From contig JAFSZN010000050.1 in assembly GCA_017455665.1 (NCBI GenBank), forward strand, positions 183-64,182: 64,000 bases of DNA. The letters are read 5' to 3'. Shown in pieces: positions 28,321-36,945 of the stretch. The stretch's first letter is position 1; the number at the start of each line of letters is the position of its first letter. The DNA comes from Lentisphaeria bacterium. Lineage in GTDB: Bacteria; Verrucomicrobiota; Lentisphaeria; Victivallales; UBA1829. Below the pieces are notes generated by a model that saw only the letters and a program-made list of their open reading frames with translations, was not told where the DNA came from and did no database searches. A program made the position numbers and the translations under genes.

Positions 28321-28980
28321 ATGCCGCGCCGCGTCTACACCACCCTGAACGAGCGCGTCGAAGCGTTCCGGCGCACGGACGTGTACCCCGTCGTCACGTC
28401 CGAATTCTGCGCCGGACGCAGCCCCGTCGACGTCGCCGCGTCGCTTCTGGCGGGCGGCGTCCGCCTCATGCAGATCCGCGAAAAGACCATGCCCGACCGC
28501 CCGTTCCTCGAGCTCCTGCGGCAGGTCCGCGAGCTCACATGGGACTATGGCGCGCTGCTGATCGTGGACGACCGCGTGGACGCCGCGCTGATCGCGCAGG
28601 CGGACGGCGTGCATCTGGGACAGGAGGATATCCCGCTCCCGGACGCCCGCCGCATCGCCCCGGACCTGCTGATCGGCGTCTCCACGCACAATGCCGACGA
28701 GATACGGCAGGCGCAGTACGAGGGATGTTCCTACCTCAACATCGGCCCGATCTTCCCCACGAAGACCAAACAGCTCGCATGCACGTTCCTCGGCTTGGAA
28801 CAGCTCCGCATGCTGGCGCCGCTCGTGCGCGTGCCGTTCTCCGTGATGGGCGGCATCAAATATGAACACCTCGCGGAACTCAAATCCGCCGGGGCGGGGC
28901 GCATCGCCGCCGTGACAGCCTTCACACAGGCGCCCGATCCCGGCGCGGAAGCCGCCCGCTGGCGCAAAGAACTGCACTGA
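28321..28980 (+). CDS. thiE: Thiamine-phosphate synthase
   Basis: 219 aa with LIVDDRVDAAL, GVHLGQEDIP and a C-terminal MGGI block. Confidence 0.9.
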   Translation: MPRRVYTTLNERVEAFRRTDVYPVVTSEFCAGRSPVDVAASLLAGGVRLMQIREKTMPDRPFLELLRQVRELTWDYGALLIVDDRVDAALIAQADGVHLGQEDIPLPDARRIAPDLLIGVSTHNADEIRQAQYEGCSYLNIGPIFPTKTKQLACTFLGLEQLRMLAPLVRVPFSVMGGIKYEHLAELKSAGAGRIAAVTAFTQAPDPGAEAARWRKELH

Positions 28981-29136
28981 ATCCGGAGGCGGATCGGGGC
29001 ACAAAAAAGCACAAATGCAAACTGTTGCTTTTTTTTCTTAAAGTTTTTTGCTTTCCTGCTTGTATTTTCCTCTTCCGCGTGATATGTTGTTTGACGGAAT
29101 ACATTTCACCATGCCCCGAACGGAAAGGATTTCAAC

Positions 29137-30063
29137 ATGTTCTTCTTCGGCCCCAAAAAAGACAAATACTACGACATCGCGCAGAAACTTTTCACCTCCC
29201 TCGCCGGCGCCGCGCAGCCCGAGTGGAAAAACAGGATCCTCATCCAGCGCGACCTGATGAAACGGGCGAAACGCGCCAACGAGGACTCCGCGCTCGCGCT
29301 CTCCTTCAAGTCTCTGCCCGATGACGCACGCATCATGCCGAAGCATCCGCAAGTCCTGGAAGTCCCGTTCGCATCCGTCCGCCTGAGCAAAGACGGCAAG
29401 GAGTTTTTCGCGGACATCAGCGTCTCCCCGGACGGCGCGATCGGCTTGATCCAGTTCACGCAGCATTATTTGGCGGAAAACGGCTTCGACGTGCTCGGCG
29501 TGGACTTCTTCCCGAATCTTTTCAACGCGCCGAGTCTTGGTTTGCCGAAACAGGAAAAGCCGTTCCGCATCTCCGAAAAGCTTGTTTCGATCCTCGGCGC
29601 GGATTGGGACCGCGAGCTCCCGCCGGTGGAGATCGACGATTCGGAAGAAGATTACGGCAGGCAGACCTACGCGCCCGCCCTGCCGCCGGAGATACGGGAC
29701 GAATTCGCCCGTCTGATCCACACGAAACCCCCCGATGACTGGCAGGAATTCAGCAGGCATTTCTCCCATGCGTCCTATCACGGCGCCCTCGATGTTTACG
29801 GTTACTGCGATGAAATGCAGATCATCCCGCTGGCGCCCTGCGAAACCGCGTGGTATCTCGTGGCGCGCGTGCGGAATGAAATGTCCTCCACCTTCGAATC
29901 CTATATCCTGGCGTCCTCCGATCCGGCGATGCAGGACTCGCTGTATTTCCTGACGGAACACGACGGCGGAGAATCCGATCTGATCCCGATCGGGACCGAT
30001 CTCTTCGGATTCCTGCGCAAGGCGGATGACGAGGATTTCCTGGACTCGCTGAAGAAAAAGTAA
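29137..30063 (+). CDS. Hypothetical protein with SMI1/KNR4 (SUKH)-like C-terminal half
   Basis: 308 aa. The C-terminal ~130 aa (LPPEIRDEFARLI...WQEF...IIPLA...YFLTEHDGGE...IGTDLFGFL) resembles the SUKH immunity-protein pattern from memory; not verified. Confidence 0.55.
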   Translation: MFFFGPKKDKYYDIAQKLFTSLAGAAQPEWKNRILIQRDLMKRAKRANEDSALALSFKSLPDDARIMPKHPQVLEVPFASVRLSKDGKEFFADISVSPDGAIGLIQFTQHYLAENGFDVLGVDFFPNLFNAPSLGLPKQEKPFRISEKLVSILGADWDRELPPVEIDDSEEDYGRQTYAPALPPEIRDEFARLIHTKPPDDWQEFSRHFSHASYHGALDVYGYCDEMQIIPLAPCETAWYLVARVRNEMSSTFESYILASSDPAMQDSLYFLTEHDGGESDLIPIGTDLFGFLRKADDEDFLDSLKKK

Positions 30064-30070
30064 TTCTTCT

Positions 30071-30973
30071 GTGAATAAGAAATCCAAAATCTCCCGGACA
30101 CGATTCGAACAGGACGAAGAGCGTCTGTTCGATGATTTCTGTTCCTACGAATCGTTTGACAGGGCGAAACTGGAGGAAGAGATCGCCGCTTTTTCTGAGA
30201 TCGCCGAATCCTATCGAAACTACCTGGAGCAGCCTCGCAGGAACAAATCTCTTGCGGAGGATGTCCGGTATCGGCTCCGGGACAGTTACAGACTGCTCCG
30301 GCGTCTGTACGATGCGGCCGGAGAACCGGACAAGGCGTTTCAGGCTGCGGCGACCGCGTATCAGTTATTGCAGCAGCATGAAGAAACAAATCCTGATGAC
30401 ATGCCGCATTTTGACGAACGGGAAGAATACATTGATTATCTCCTCCGGCGGAAACGTTTTGAGCTCGTCCCCGATGTGCTCCGCACCATCACGCCGAGCG
30501 TGTTTATCTTTGAGGGATATGAGCGCGCGGAACAGTTTTACAACGACCTGATTGCCGTTGAGGAACTGATCCGGTCAGTGCCGGATAAACTTCAGGAATT
30601 CCGGTTCCTGCTCGGGAAGACCGTGCCGGACGAACTGTCGCAGGCGGAATACATGCTGTATCTGATGAGAAACGGCCTGTTTCAGTTCTTCCATGACGTC
30701 TTCGAATCCATGACGGATGAGGCGCTTGATGCGCTGCCGAAAAGCGGCGCGGCGTCCCTGCCTGAGATCGTGCGCGAATACGACCGCCGATACAGCGACC
30801 CGAACGATCCGGACGACGATTCTCCGTTTTATGCCCGGACGGACAAGATTCTGTCGGGATCATGCCCGGTCGCGGAGCTGGAGGAATGCCGCGCGGTCTG
30901 TGTGGCGCGGGACCTGAAATGGCGCATTCGCGATTTCGACAGGATGATAAAATCGAGGCAAAACCGCCACTGA
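30071..30973 (+). CDS. Hypothetical protein, DUF4375/DMP19-like motif
   Basis: GTG start; 300 aa. MRNGLFQFFHDVFESMTDEALDAL resembles the NGGFxQFF core of DUF4375. Weak call. Confidence 0.5.
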   Translation: MNKKSKISRTRFEQDEERLFDDFCSYESFDRAKLEEEIAAFSEIAESYRNYLEQPRRNKSLAEDVRYRLRDSYRLLRRLYDAAGEPDKAFQAAATAYQLLQQHEETNPDDMPHFDEREEYIDYLLRRKRFELVPDVLRTITPSVFIFEGYERAEQFYNDLIAVEELIRSVPDKLQEFRFLLGKTVPDELSQAEYMLYLMRNGLFQFFHDVFESMTDEALDALPKSGAASLPEIVREYDRRYSDPNDPDDDSPFYARTDKILSGSCPVAELEECRAVCVARDLKWRIRDFDRMIKSRQNRH

Positions 30974-30985
30974 AGATGCCGCCCC

Positions 30986-32032
30986 TCAGCGTTTGACGTA
31001 GGCGGTTTGTTTTCCGCGTCCGACCTTTTCGATCATGCCTTCCGTCAGAAGCTTTTTGAGAGTCTGTTCGATCATGGAAATACTGATGTCCGGGCATTCC
31101 AGCGCAATATCCGCCTTCGATATTTTCCCCAGCCGCCTGTCGAAAACCGTTCGGATCCTATCCTCTTTCGTTTGTTTCCCGTTGACGAGGTGCGCCACAC
31201 GCTCTTCGAACTCCCTGTAGGCTTTGATAACGGTGCCGAGCATGTAGCGCAGGAACGGGATGTAGTTGTTCCGGCAAGTGTTCCAGCCGTCGGAACTCTC
31301 CCGGAGGACTTCGTAATAGGTCAGTTTGGAATTTTCGATCAGCCTTTCCAAACTGATGTATTTCCCGACACTGTATCCATGCCGGTACAGCAGAAGCAGT
31401 GTCAGGAGTCTGCTCATGCGGCCGTTGCCGTCGTTGAACGGATGGATGCAAAGGAAATCGAAGACAAACAGCACGGAAAGCAGGAGCGGATCGTAGACTT
31501 CCTGCCGGACAGCCTCATTGTATGCTTTGCAAAGGCGTTCCACCGCTTCGGGCGTTTCGAATGCCGAGACCGGAGTGAAACGAACGCGCTTTTTGCCCGA
31601 CCGGTCGGTTTCCGCGATCACATTGTTGCTGTTTTTCCAGTGCCCGCCAGCCCCGGATGCCTGAAAGGAATAGAGATCCCGATGGAGCTGCAGGATCGTA
31701 TTCGGGGTAACGGGGATGTATTCATAGTTTTCGTGGATCGTGGCAAGGACGTCACGGTACCCTGCGATCTCTTTTTCATTGCGCGTGGCGGGTTCCGCTT
31801 TTTGAACGACAAGTTCCTTCAACCGTTTATCCGAGGTGAAGATGCCCTCAATGCGGTTGGATGCGTCCGTGCTTTGGATCACGGCGAGTTCCAGCAGCGA
31901 CTTCAGGATGTCTTTTTTTGCGCTTGAAAACTGAGCCTGCTTTCCACGGTATTCGTGAATCGCAGCGATCAGATTGCATAGTTCCGATGTCAGCAGGGTT
32001 TCAGGTAAAGCGGAATAATCGAACTGTCTCAC
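30986..32032 (-). CDS. Fic-family protein (class II, N-terminal inhibitory helix) with C-terminal wHTH
   Basis: Fic motif HPFNDGNGRMSR. Inhibitory motif S-N-R-I-E-G, i.e. (S/T)xxxE(G/N), upstream. C-terminal DNA-binding-like region ...LLTEGMIEKVGRGKQTAYVK. Confidence 0.9.
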   Translation of the reverse strand: MRQFDYSALPETLLTSELCNLIAAIHEYRGKQAQFSSAKKDILKSLLELAVIQSTDASNRIEGIFTSDKRLKELVVQKAEPATRNEKEIAGYRDVLATIHENYEYIPVTPNTILQLHRDLYSFQASGAGGHWKNSNNVIAETDRSGKKRVRFTPVSAFETPEAVERLCKAYNEAVRQEVYDPLLLSVLFVFDFLCIHPFNDGNGRMSRLLTLLLLYRHGYSVGKYISLERLIENSKLTYYEVLRESSDGWNTCRNNYIPFLRYMLGTVIKAYREFEERVAHLVNGKQTKEDRIRTVFDRRLGKISKADIALECPDISISMIEQTLKKLLTEGMIEKVGRGKQTAYVKR

Positions 32033-32497
32033 TGGCTTGCCTCCAAAAGATATATCGTTCTGCCTATACTATAATCCGGTTCTGCACAATTTTCAAGTCA
32101 GATTGTGCAGAAAGAGAAAAAAGATTGTGGGAATCCGCCGAGCAGAAACTGACCGAAGTACAACCCGGTTTCCAGGTGCGGACGCCGCGTCAGAAGAGCG
32201 TACGAACGTTCGCGTTCCGGCGTGTCGAAGTATTTGCTCAGGTCGATGTCCATTTTGAACTCAATGCGGCTGTTGTTATGTTTTCGGAAGATAAGTATAC
32301 CACATCTTTTACGAAAAGACAAGGGCAAATCCGCCCGAATCCGGAAAATAGTCCGAAAAAGGGCAGGGGGCAGAAAAACAAAACAGACTTACATAAAAAA
32401 ACAGCAATATCTCCTCGACAAAAAACTTGACATCCGCCCGAAATCTGCTATAGTAACTGTAAACGATCGATCCGCAACCGACACGGAGAAACATGCC

Positions 32498-34042
32498 ATG
32501 GACACGTCAGCATCGAGCCATAGCGGGAAATCCCCTGATTGGGGGGAGCTGCTGCATTGGTATCTGCTTGTTGTCCTTCTGCTGTTTTCACAACTGGTGA
32601 TCCTCACTCTTTTTGCGCTCTTCTGTATCCGGGCGACTGCAGGTCTATTCACCAAGTTTATCGAATTTGCATACGTGCGCCCCGTTGTGTGGCTCGTCCC
32701 GGTCTTATTTGGAGATGAGAATCATCTGGGGAACGTCCCGCTCGGCTTGGGAATGCTTCTCCTGGTCGTCATAATCTACGCCTTCCTCGGCGGCACGGTC
32801 GTCTATCTGATTCACAGACTTTCCCATGGAAAACGGATGCTGTCCTTTTTCTGTTGCGCGCTCGGTCTGCTCCTGTTCGCCGCCTGCGGCAAAAGCGAAC
32901 CCGAAGCGCCGGAATCTTCCGAAGGGAAAGCCGATTCCGTCGTTTTCACGCTGAAAGACGGCGTCGTGCTCGAAATGATCCGGGTTGAGCCCGGCACGTA
33001 CACGGTCGGACTGCCCCGGGCGGACCATCTGTGGCGGCCGGACATCGACCGGCGCGAGGTGACCGTGCCCGCGCCGTACTGGCTGGGCAAGTACGAGGTC
33101 ACGCAGGAACAATGGGAGGCCGTCATGAGCGGGGAGAAACGCCCCGAGGGGTTCGACCTGAGCAATCCGTCCTTGTACAAAGGGGAAAAGCGTCCTGTCG
33201 ACGCCGTGAACCGGAACGATGTGAACAGGTTCATCGAAAAACTGAACGCGCTCTGCGCTGACAAGCTCCCGGATGGATACCGGTTCGACCTGCCGGATCC
33301 GCTCCGGTGGGAGATCGCATGCCGCGCCGGGACGACCACGCGGATGCCGTGGGGCGACGATTCCAAACCGGAAGCTGCGAATCTGATCGCCATGGGGGAA
33401 TTGGAGAATAGCATCGACGACCTGAGTGAGGATGTTACATTCACGAATGCCGCGAAAACCCTCTTTTCCGCCGTAAAGGTGGGAATCGGTTCCAGAAACC
33501 GCCATGCATTCCGCAAGACGAGCGAAATCGGACAATACCCGCCGAACGCCTGGGGTTTCTGCGATATGATCGGGAATGTCGCGGAACTCTGCCGGGAGCG
33601 GCACACATATTCCGGCGGATACGGCGGACCGATGCAGAATGCGGCCGAAGTCACAGGCGAACTGCCGCCGGGAAATGATTATTACGAGCGGAAAACGGAC
33701 GAAACAGTCACGCATGGCGGCTCATGGTGGGATCCCGACTCGGTCATCAGCCCGGCAAACAGCTGCTGGCATCCGTATTACAACCACGCGCACCCGGAAC
33801 CTGTCTATGACAAAGTCACCGGGCATCATGTCGTGGGCTGGAAAGAATCCTGCATCGGGTTCCGTCTGGCGCTGGTGCCGGCCGGAACGACTGAAGTGGA
33901 AACGGTTAAAGGTGGAATGCCTGTTCATGCGGCAGGGCAGAGGACCAGAGAAAAGACGTTGGAACAGAACGCTGGATCGGGCGGCCGTGAGGTCTTTGGA
34001 TATCCTGTGAACGAAACGTCGCAAAACGGAGGTCAACAGTGA
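32498..34042 (+). CDS. FGE/SUMF1-domain (formylglycine-generating-enzyme fold) lipoprotein, in frame with an upstream 3-TM module
   Basis: Track ORF starts at 32222; a plausible ATG at 32498 has GGAG ~10 nt upstream. An internal ATG at 32837 gives the lipoprotein signal MLSFFCCALGLLLFAAC. FGE blocks YWLGKYEVTQEQWEAVM, NAWGFCDMIGNVAELC and HGGSWWD. Confidence 0.7.
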   Translation: MDTSASSHSGKSPDWGELLHWYLLVVLLLFSQLVILTLFALFCIRATAGLFTKFIEFAYVRPVVWLVPVLFGDENHLGNVPLGLGMLLLVVIIYAFLGGTVVYLIHRLSHGKRMLSFFCCALGLLLFAACGKSEPEAPESSEGKADSVVFTLKDGVVLEMIRVEPGTYTVGLPRADHLWRPDIDRREVTVPAPYWLGKYEVTQEQWEAVMSGEKRPEGFDLSNPSLYKGEKRPVDAVNRNDVNRFIEKLNALCADKLPDGYRFDLPDPLRWEIACRAGTTTRMPWGDDSKPEAANLIAMGELENSIDDLSEDVTFTNAAKTLFSAVKVGIGSRNRHAFRKTSEIGQYPPNAWGFCDMIGNVAELCRERHTYSGGYGGPMQNAAEVTGELPPGNDYYERKTDETVTHGGSWWDPDSVISPANSCWHPYYNHAHPEPVYDKVTGHHVVGWKESCIGFRLALVPAGTTEVETVKGGMPVHAAGQRTREKTLEQNAGSGGREVFGYPVNETSQNGGQQ

Positions 34043-34365
34043 ACGTGAATCCATCGAAAACGAACGGCAGAATCTTCCGGGAACTGTCGCGGTGGTGGTT
34101 CTGCTTCAGGTTCGTTCTGACGGTGCAGATCCTGTTCGTTTTCTGGCTGTTTTTTCTCGGCAATTTTATCAATCTGAACCGTATCGGTCAATTCCTGTAC
34201 GCAGGGGCGATTTCATGGCTCGGGAATCTGCTTTTCGATGACCCGTTCTGTGGCGATAACGTACTCGGTTTATTGATGTTTCTCCTGACGGTTATCCTCT
34301 ATTCCGTGATCGCCGGAACAGGATTATATCTGTTCCGCAGATACGTTTCACACGAAACGGAATGA
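34039..34365 (+). CDS. Small 3-TM membrane protein, paralogue of residues ~15-113 of the preceding ORF
   Basis: GTG start overlapping the upstream stop (GTGA), with GGAGG 6 nt upstream. LFDDPFCGDNVLGLLMFLLTVILYSVIAGTGLYLFRRYVSHE aligns with LFGDENHLGNVPLGLGMLLLVVIIYAFLGGTVVYLIHRLSHGK. Confidence 0.6.
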   Translation: MNVNPSKTNGRIFRELSRWWFCFRFVLTVQILFVFWLFFLGNFINLNRIGQFLYAGAISWLGNLLFDDPFCGDNVLGLLMFLLTVILYSVIAGTGLYLFRRYVSHETE

Positions 34366-34435
34366 CTGTGCCGCGCCGCATCATGTCATTCATCCGCAAA
34401 ACAGGGCAGGGGGAAACACATCCGGATGGAATATA

Positions 34436-35434
34436 TTACGGAAAGAATCCGCGCCATTCGCGCCATTTCGTTTCATTCATTTCCCATTCGCAGTACACCG
34501 CGATGCCGCGGATGTCCTCCCCCGGAGCCGCTGCCGAAATTCCCCTCAATGCCGAAATAATGTTTTCCACGCGCGGATGATGATACCCCACGCCGGCGTC
34601 CTCGTAGGCGGGGATCCCCAGCAGCAGATCGCATCCGGTCGAACGCAGGGACTCCGTCAGCTGAACCGTCCAGCGGGTCATCAGGCCGATGTAGCATTTT
34701 TCCAGCGGGATGGCGGTATCGTACATCATCACGGCCACCTGGTCGCAGCGGGCGGCGACGCTGCGCAGATACCCGGGACTCCAGTGAACATCCGGGAACC
34801 GATGCCATGCCGTCGGAGGCGGATACGCCGCCACGCTCAGTGTTTTGCGGGGGATCGCCGCGCGCAATTCATCCAGCAGCGTCAGAAAGTCCGTGTTCCC
34901 GTCCGGCATCGGCTCGATATTGACCTGAACGCCTGCGAGCCGGGGATGCGCGTTCAGAAGTTCCGATATGGAATCGACAAAACGCTTGCGCCACTCCCCG
35001 TCGGCAGGGCAGGCGGATTCGCCGAAGACGCCGCCCACCCACGGGATGACACGGATGCCGGACTGCCCGGCAAGATCGAGAAACCGTTCGGTCTGTTCAT
35101 GGTCGCAGCGCGCGATCGATCCGTCGGGCCGCGCCGGACACAGGTGCGGATAGACGATCGAAATCTTGTTGTCGGCAAGCCGACGGAAAAGCGCCGCGAT
35201 CTTCGATTCGCTGCGGAAGTCCGCACGATCAGCCTGTTTGCGCTCGAACCAGGCGTCGTCGCCGAGCCATCCGTGCCCGATCCAGATCGCGTTGTCGGAG
35301 TAATCGGGCAGGGGGGTGTCGCAGCCCGGATCCCAGAGCAGATAGCAGAGCGCCGCTCCGCCGAGGATCACGGTCAGGAGAAAGACGATCCGCAGCAGAC
35401 TTTTCCCGAACTTTTGGAACAGAACGTGTTTCAT
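34436..35434 (-). CDS. Membrane-anchored hypothetical protein, TIM-barrel glycosyl-hydrolase-like
   Basis: Track ORF is extended to 35533. The ATG at 35434 gives MKHVLFQKFGKSLLRIVFLLTVILGGAALCYLLW (anchor). The alternating beta/alpha pattern (IVYPHL, VIPWVGG, VQVNIEP, VAAYPP, VMMYDT) suggests a (beta/alpha)8 fold. Family not identified. Confidence 0.55.
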   Translation of the reverse strand: MKHVLFQKFGKSLLRIVFLLTVILGGAALCYLLWDPGCDTPLPDYSDNAIWIGHGWLGDDAWFERKQADRADFRSESKIAALFRRLADNKISIVYPHLCPARPDGSIARCDHEQTERFLDLAGQSGIRVIPWVGGVFGESACPADGEWRKRFVDSISELLNAHPRLAGVQVNIEPMPDGNTDFLTLLDELRAAIPRKTLSVAAYPPPTAWHRFPDVHWSPGYLRSVAARCDQVAVMMYDTAIPLEKCYIGLMTRWTVQLTESLRSTGCDLLLGIPAYEDAGVGYHHPRVENIISALRGISAAAPGEDIRGIAVYCEWEMNETKWREWRGFFP

Positions 35435-35756
35435 CGTTTGCTTGATTGTTTGCTTGACGGCATGATTTGCGAGGGAAACGGATGCTTCCTTGTGCTCGAA
35501 CAACTTGATGCGGCGGCAGATTGTCGAGCGCAACGAGTATTCCGAATTTTGAATACTATATCACGCTTTCTGCCGTTGTCAAGCCGGATTCAAGCCGGAT
35601 TCCGGAAAACAACATCTTGTCCTTTTGTCTCATTATGGACATATATATGTGTGTATCACCAATCAGGGCAGGGGGACACACACATGTATTATAAATCAGG
35701 ACAGGGGGCAAGTATAAAATAGTACGACAAATGATAATATACTCTTCGCCCCAATC

Positions 35757-35857
35757 TTTTGAAATGCGCGCCTCGCGGTAACGAAAAGAATAGACGCGTG
35801 CATCAGGCACGCTTACCTAGGCTTGCAAACAGCAAGCCCCCGGACGCAAAAGAATCC
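35757..35857 (+). repeat. DFR unit L1 (type A)
   Basis: GCGCGCCTCGCGGT box, hp1 GCGTGC-ATCAG-GCACGC and hp2 GGCTTGC-AAACA-GCAAGCC. hp3 is degraded (GGACGCAAAAGAATCC). A T-run and then GGGTAGGG at 35876 follow. Confidence 0.85.
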
Positions 35858-35931
35858 TTTCATTTTTTTTCTTTAGGGTAGGGGGCAAATACAGATTCGC
35901 CATCCTACTGTCAACCAATTATTTATAAATC

Positions 35932-36025
35932 TTTGCCGTTCGCGTCTCGCGGTCAAATAAAACTTATCAAGCTCAAGCGAGTATTCCGAGGCGAGCGGAT
36001 GCGAGCCCCCGGACGCATCGCGTCC
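35932..36025 (+). repeat. DFR unit L2 (type B)
   Basis: TTGCCGTTCGCGTCTCGCGGT box, a CAAGCGAGTATTCC segment, a degenerate hp2 and hp3 GGACGC-ATC-GCGTCC followed by TTATTCTTTTT. Confidence 0.85.
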
Positions 36026-36102
36026 TTATTCTTTTTGGATCAGGGCCGGGAGTAAAGTTTTATTTATCTGTTTCATTGATTCTTGTTCACATTCCCATTC
36101 CC

Positions 36103-36199
36103 TTGTTGTTCGCGTCTCGCGGTATCGTGAAAAAACATATCGAGCGCAGAGAATTTTCCGAGGCTTGCGAACAGCAAGCCCCCGGACGCGAACGCGTCC
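36103..36199 (+). repeat. DFR unit L3 (type B)
   Basis: TTGTTGTTCGCGTCTCGCGGT box, a TCGAGCGCAGAGAATTTTCC segment, hp2 GGCTTGC-GAACA-GCAAGCC and hp3 GGACGC-GAAC-GCGTCC. Confidence 0.85.
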
Positions 36200-36339
36200 A
36201 AAAAAGTCGAGCGTAGCGAGCATTCCGAGGCTCGCGAAAGCAAGCCCCTCGAACGCATCGCATCAAAACAAATAAAATCAGGGCAGGGGGGCAAGTATAA
36301 AATAGTACGACAAATGATAATATACTCTTCGCCCCAATC

Positions 36340-36440
36340 TTTTGAAATGCGCGCCTCGCGGTAACGAAAAGAATAGATGCGTGCATCAGGCACGCTTACC
36401 GAGGCTTGCGAACAACAAGCCCCCGGACGCGAACGCGTCC
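36340..36440 (+). repeat. DFR unit L4 (type A)
   Basis: Near-identical to L1 but with all three hairpins intact. Part of the 157-nt duplication 35692-35848 / 36274-36430. Confidence 0.9.
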
Positions 36441-36570
36441 AAATACATTTTTTCTTTCGGGCAGGGGTCAGATATGCTTTCCCATCTTCCTCCTCCTATA
36501 TTTGCCGTCGCGTCTCGCGGAAAATATATCGAAGGGCAGAGGAGAAATAATAATCTATTTTCCAGAATAT

Positions 36571-36666
36571 TTGAAATGCGCGCCTCGCGGTCAAATAAGA
36601 CATGTGTCGAGCACAGTGAGTATTCCTAGGCTTGCGAACAGCAAGCCCCCCGGACGCATCGCGTCC
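36571..36666 (+). repeat. DFR unit L6 (type B)
   Basis: GCGCGCCTCGCGGT box, a TCGAGCACAGTGAGTATTCC segment, hp2 GGCTTGC-GAACA-GCAAGCC and hp3 GGACGC-ATC-GCGTCC. Confidence 0.85.
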
Positions 36667-36917
36667 AAATCTATCATAACGTCAGCCACACAAAAAAACT
36701 CAATCTTTCTTCATTTCATCTTTTTGTTTGTGGCATGAAAAAACAACGGCTTCATATCCATAGAGCAGGGCGATGTTACGCTTTTTCCGTCACATGGACG
36801 CACTCAGAAAATCTCCTCTTCTTCCCAGGCGATTTAAGCGCATGATAACGACCGATACAGCTCTTCATCCGTCTCTGATTTATCCCCGTGTTAAATGGGC
36901 TTTGCGGCCCATTTATA

Positions 36918-36945
36918 ACGTCGCATAATATATATTATGTTAAAT
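36918..36945 (+). other. dif-like XerC/XerD chromosome-dimer resolution site
   Basis: ACGTCGCATAA-TATATA-TTATGTTAAAT versus E. coli dif GGTGCGCATAA-TGTATA-TTATGTTAAAT. The XerD arm matches 11/11, the inner 7 nt of the XerC arm are identical, and the spacer matches 5/6. Lies in an AT-rich ORF-poor gap. A 9-bp-stem hairpin (36892-36915, TAAATGGGC/GCCCATTTA) abuts it. Confidence 0.75.

Larger units (their letters stand above)
35692..36666 (+). repeat. Left array of dif-flanking repeats (DFR), forward orientation
   Basis: Full or near-full units lie at 35757-35857, 35932-36025, 36103-36199, 36340-36440 and 36571-36666. A partial unit lies at 36206-36264, a box-only copy at 36501-36520, and a further fragment at 35523-35550. 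Unit order is a CGCG(T/C)CTCGCGG box, then hairpins, then an A/T-rich spacer, then GGGNAGGG. Confidence 0.9.

Noticed and set aside
32498-34042. Diversity-generating retroelement targeting the FGE/C-type-lectin-fold protein.
   Set aside because: No reverse transcriptase or Avd-like gene and no template/variable repeat pair. The C-terminus is not Asn(AAC)-rich as DGR variable regions are.
35556-36393. Track ORFs 35556..35810 (-), 36073..36393 (-) and 36087..36386 (-), which share MPDAR.YSFRYREARISKDWGEEYIIICRTILYLPP.
   Set aside because: The shared peptide is simply the translation of the 157-nt DNA duplication. The starts fall inside a hairpin, there is no RBS, and the frames decay differently outside the repeat.
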